Shown here piece after piece: positions 63,222 to 64,000 of a stretch of DNA of 64,000 nt. The stretch comes from Octopus bimaculoides (taxonomy: Eukaryota): the NCBI RefSeq assembly GCF_001194135.2, contig NC_068981.1:17258324-17322323 (forward strand), written 5' to 3'. The stretch's first letter is position 1; each line of letters opens with the position of its first letter. The position numbers and the translations under genes are program-made. The notes beneath the pieces were generated by a model that was given only the letters and a program-made list of their open reading frames with translations, did not search any database and was not told where the DNA came from.

Positions 63222-64000
63222 TATAGGCACAAGGCCTGAAATTTGGGGAGAAGGGGCAAGTCGATTACATCGACCCCAGTACTCAACTGGTACTTACCTA
63301 CGTTCTTAATATCAGGGCTGATGTNNNNNNNNNNNNNNNNNNNNNNNNNNNNNNNNNNNNNNNNNNNNNNNNNNNNNNNNNNNNNNNNNNNNNNNNNNNN
63401 NNNNNNNNNNNNNNNNNNNNNNNNNNNNNNNNNNNNNNNNNNNNNNNNNNNNNNNNNNNNNNNNNNNNNNNNNNNNNNNNNNNNNNNNNNNNNNNNNNNN
63501 NNNNNNNNNNNNNNNNNNNNNNNNNNNNNNNNNNNNNNNNNNNNNNNNNNNNNNNNNNNNNNNNNNNNNNNNNNNNNNNNNNNNNNNNNNNNNNNNNNNN
63601 NNNNNNNNNNNNNNNNNNNNNNNNNNNNNNNNNNNNNNNNNNNNNNNNNNNNNNNNNNNNNNNNNNNNNNNNNNNNNNNNNNNNNNNNNNNNNNNNNNNN
63701 NNNNNNNNNNNNNNNNNNNNNNNNNNNNNNNNNNNNNNNNNNNNNNNNNNNNNNNNNNNNNNNNNNNNNNNNNNNNNNNNNNNNNNNNNNNNNNNNNNNN
63801 NNNNNNNNNNNNNNNNNNNNNNNNNNNNNNNNNNNNNNNNNNNNNNNNNNNNNNNNNNNNNNNNNNNNNNNNNNNNNNNNNNNNNNNNNNNNNNNNNNNN
63901 NNNNACCGCTAAGCATTTCGCCCGACGTGCTAACGTTTCTTTATTGCCCACAAGTGGCTAAACATAGAGGGGAAAAACAAGGACAGACAAAGGGATTAAG
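63222..64000 (-). mobile_element. SINE family D fragments on both sides of a gap (multimer)
   Basis: GCACAAGGCCTGAAATTTGGGG tail at 63227; CGTGCTAACGTTTCTTTATTGCCCACAAG junction at 63925-63955. Confidence 0.85.

Overview
Eukaryotic, AT-rich, gap-containing genomic scaffold with no bacterial-type gene content and no confidently identifiable host protein-coding gene. The four or five abundant tRNA-derived SINE families and the very high microsatellite load look like an Octopus/coleoid cephalopod genome (my recognition, not a database match). The window is mostly intergenic or intronic repeat landscape: dozens of SINE copies, a tandem cluster of R4/Dong-like (RLE-type) LINE 3' ends inside a (TACA)n tract, a 5'-inverted RTE LINE fused to a CR1-like 3' end, further CR1-like relics, a full-length intron-containing DD34E Tc1 element, mariner and DD41D relics, a mariner-derived MITE and several old minisatellites. 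The strongest hidden signal is an intact type I hammerhead ribozyme core (50825-50916) inside a Penelope-like or retrozyme-like element with inverted and direct repeats. A CRE/TATA/GTAAGT candidate promoter and first exon (about 21640-21926) may belong to an unannotated transcript. Almost all ORF-track entries are microsatellite, N-gap or repeat artefacts.
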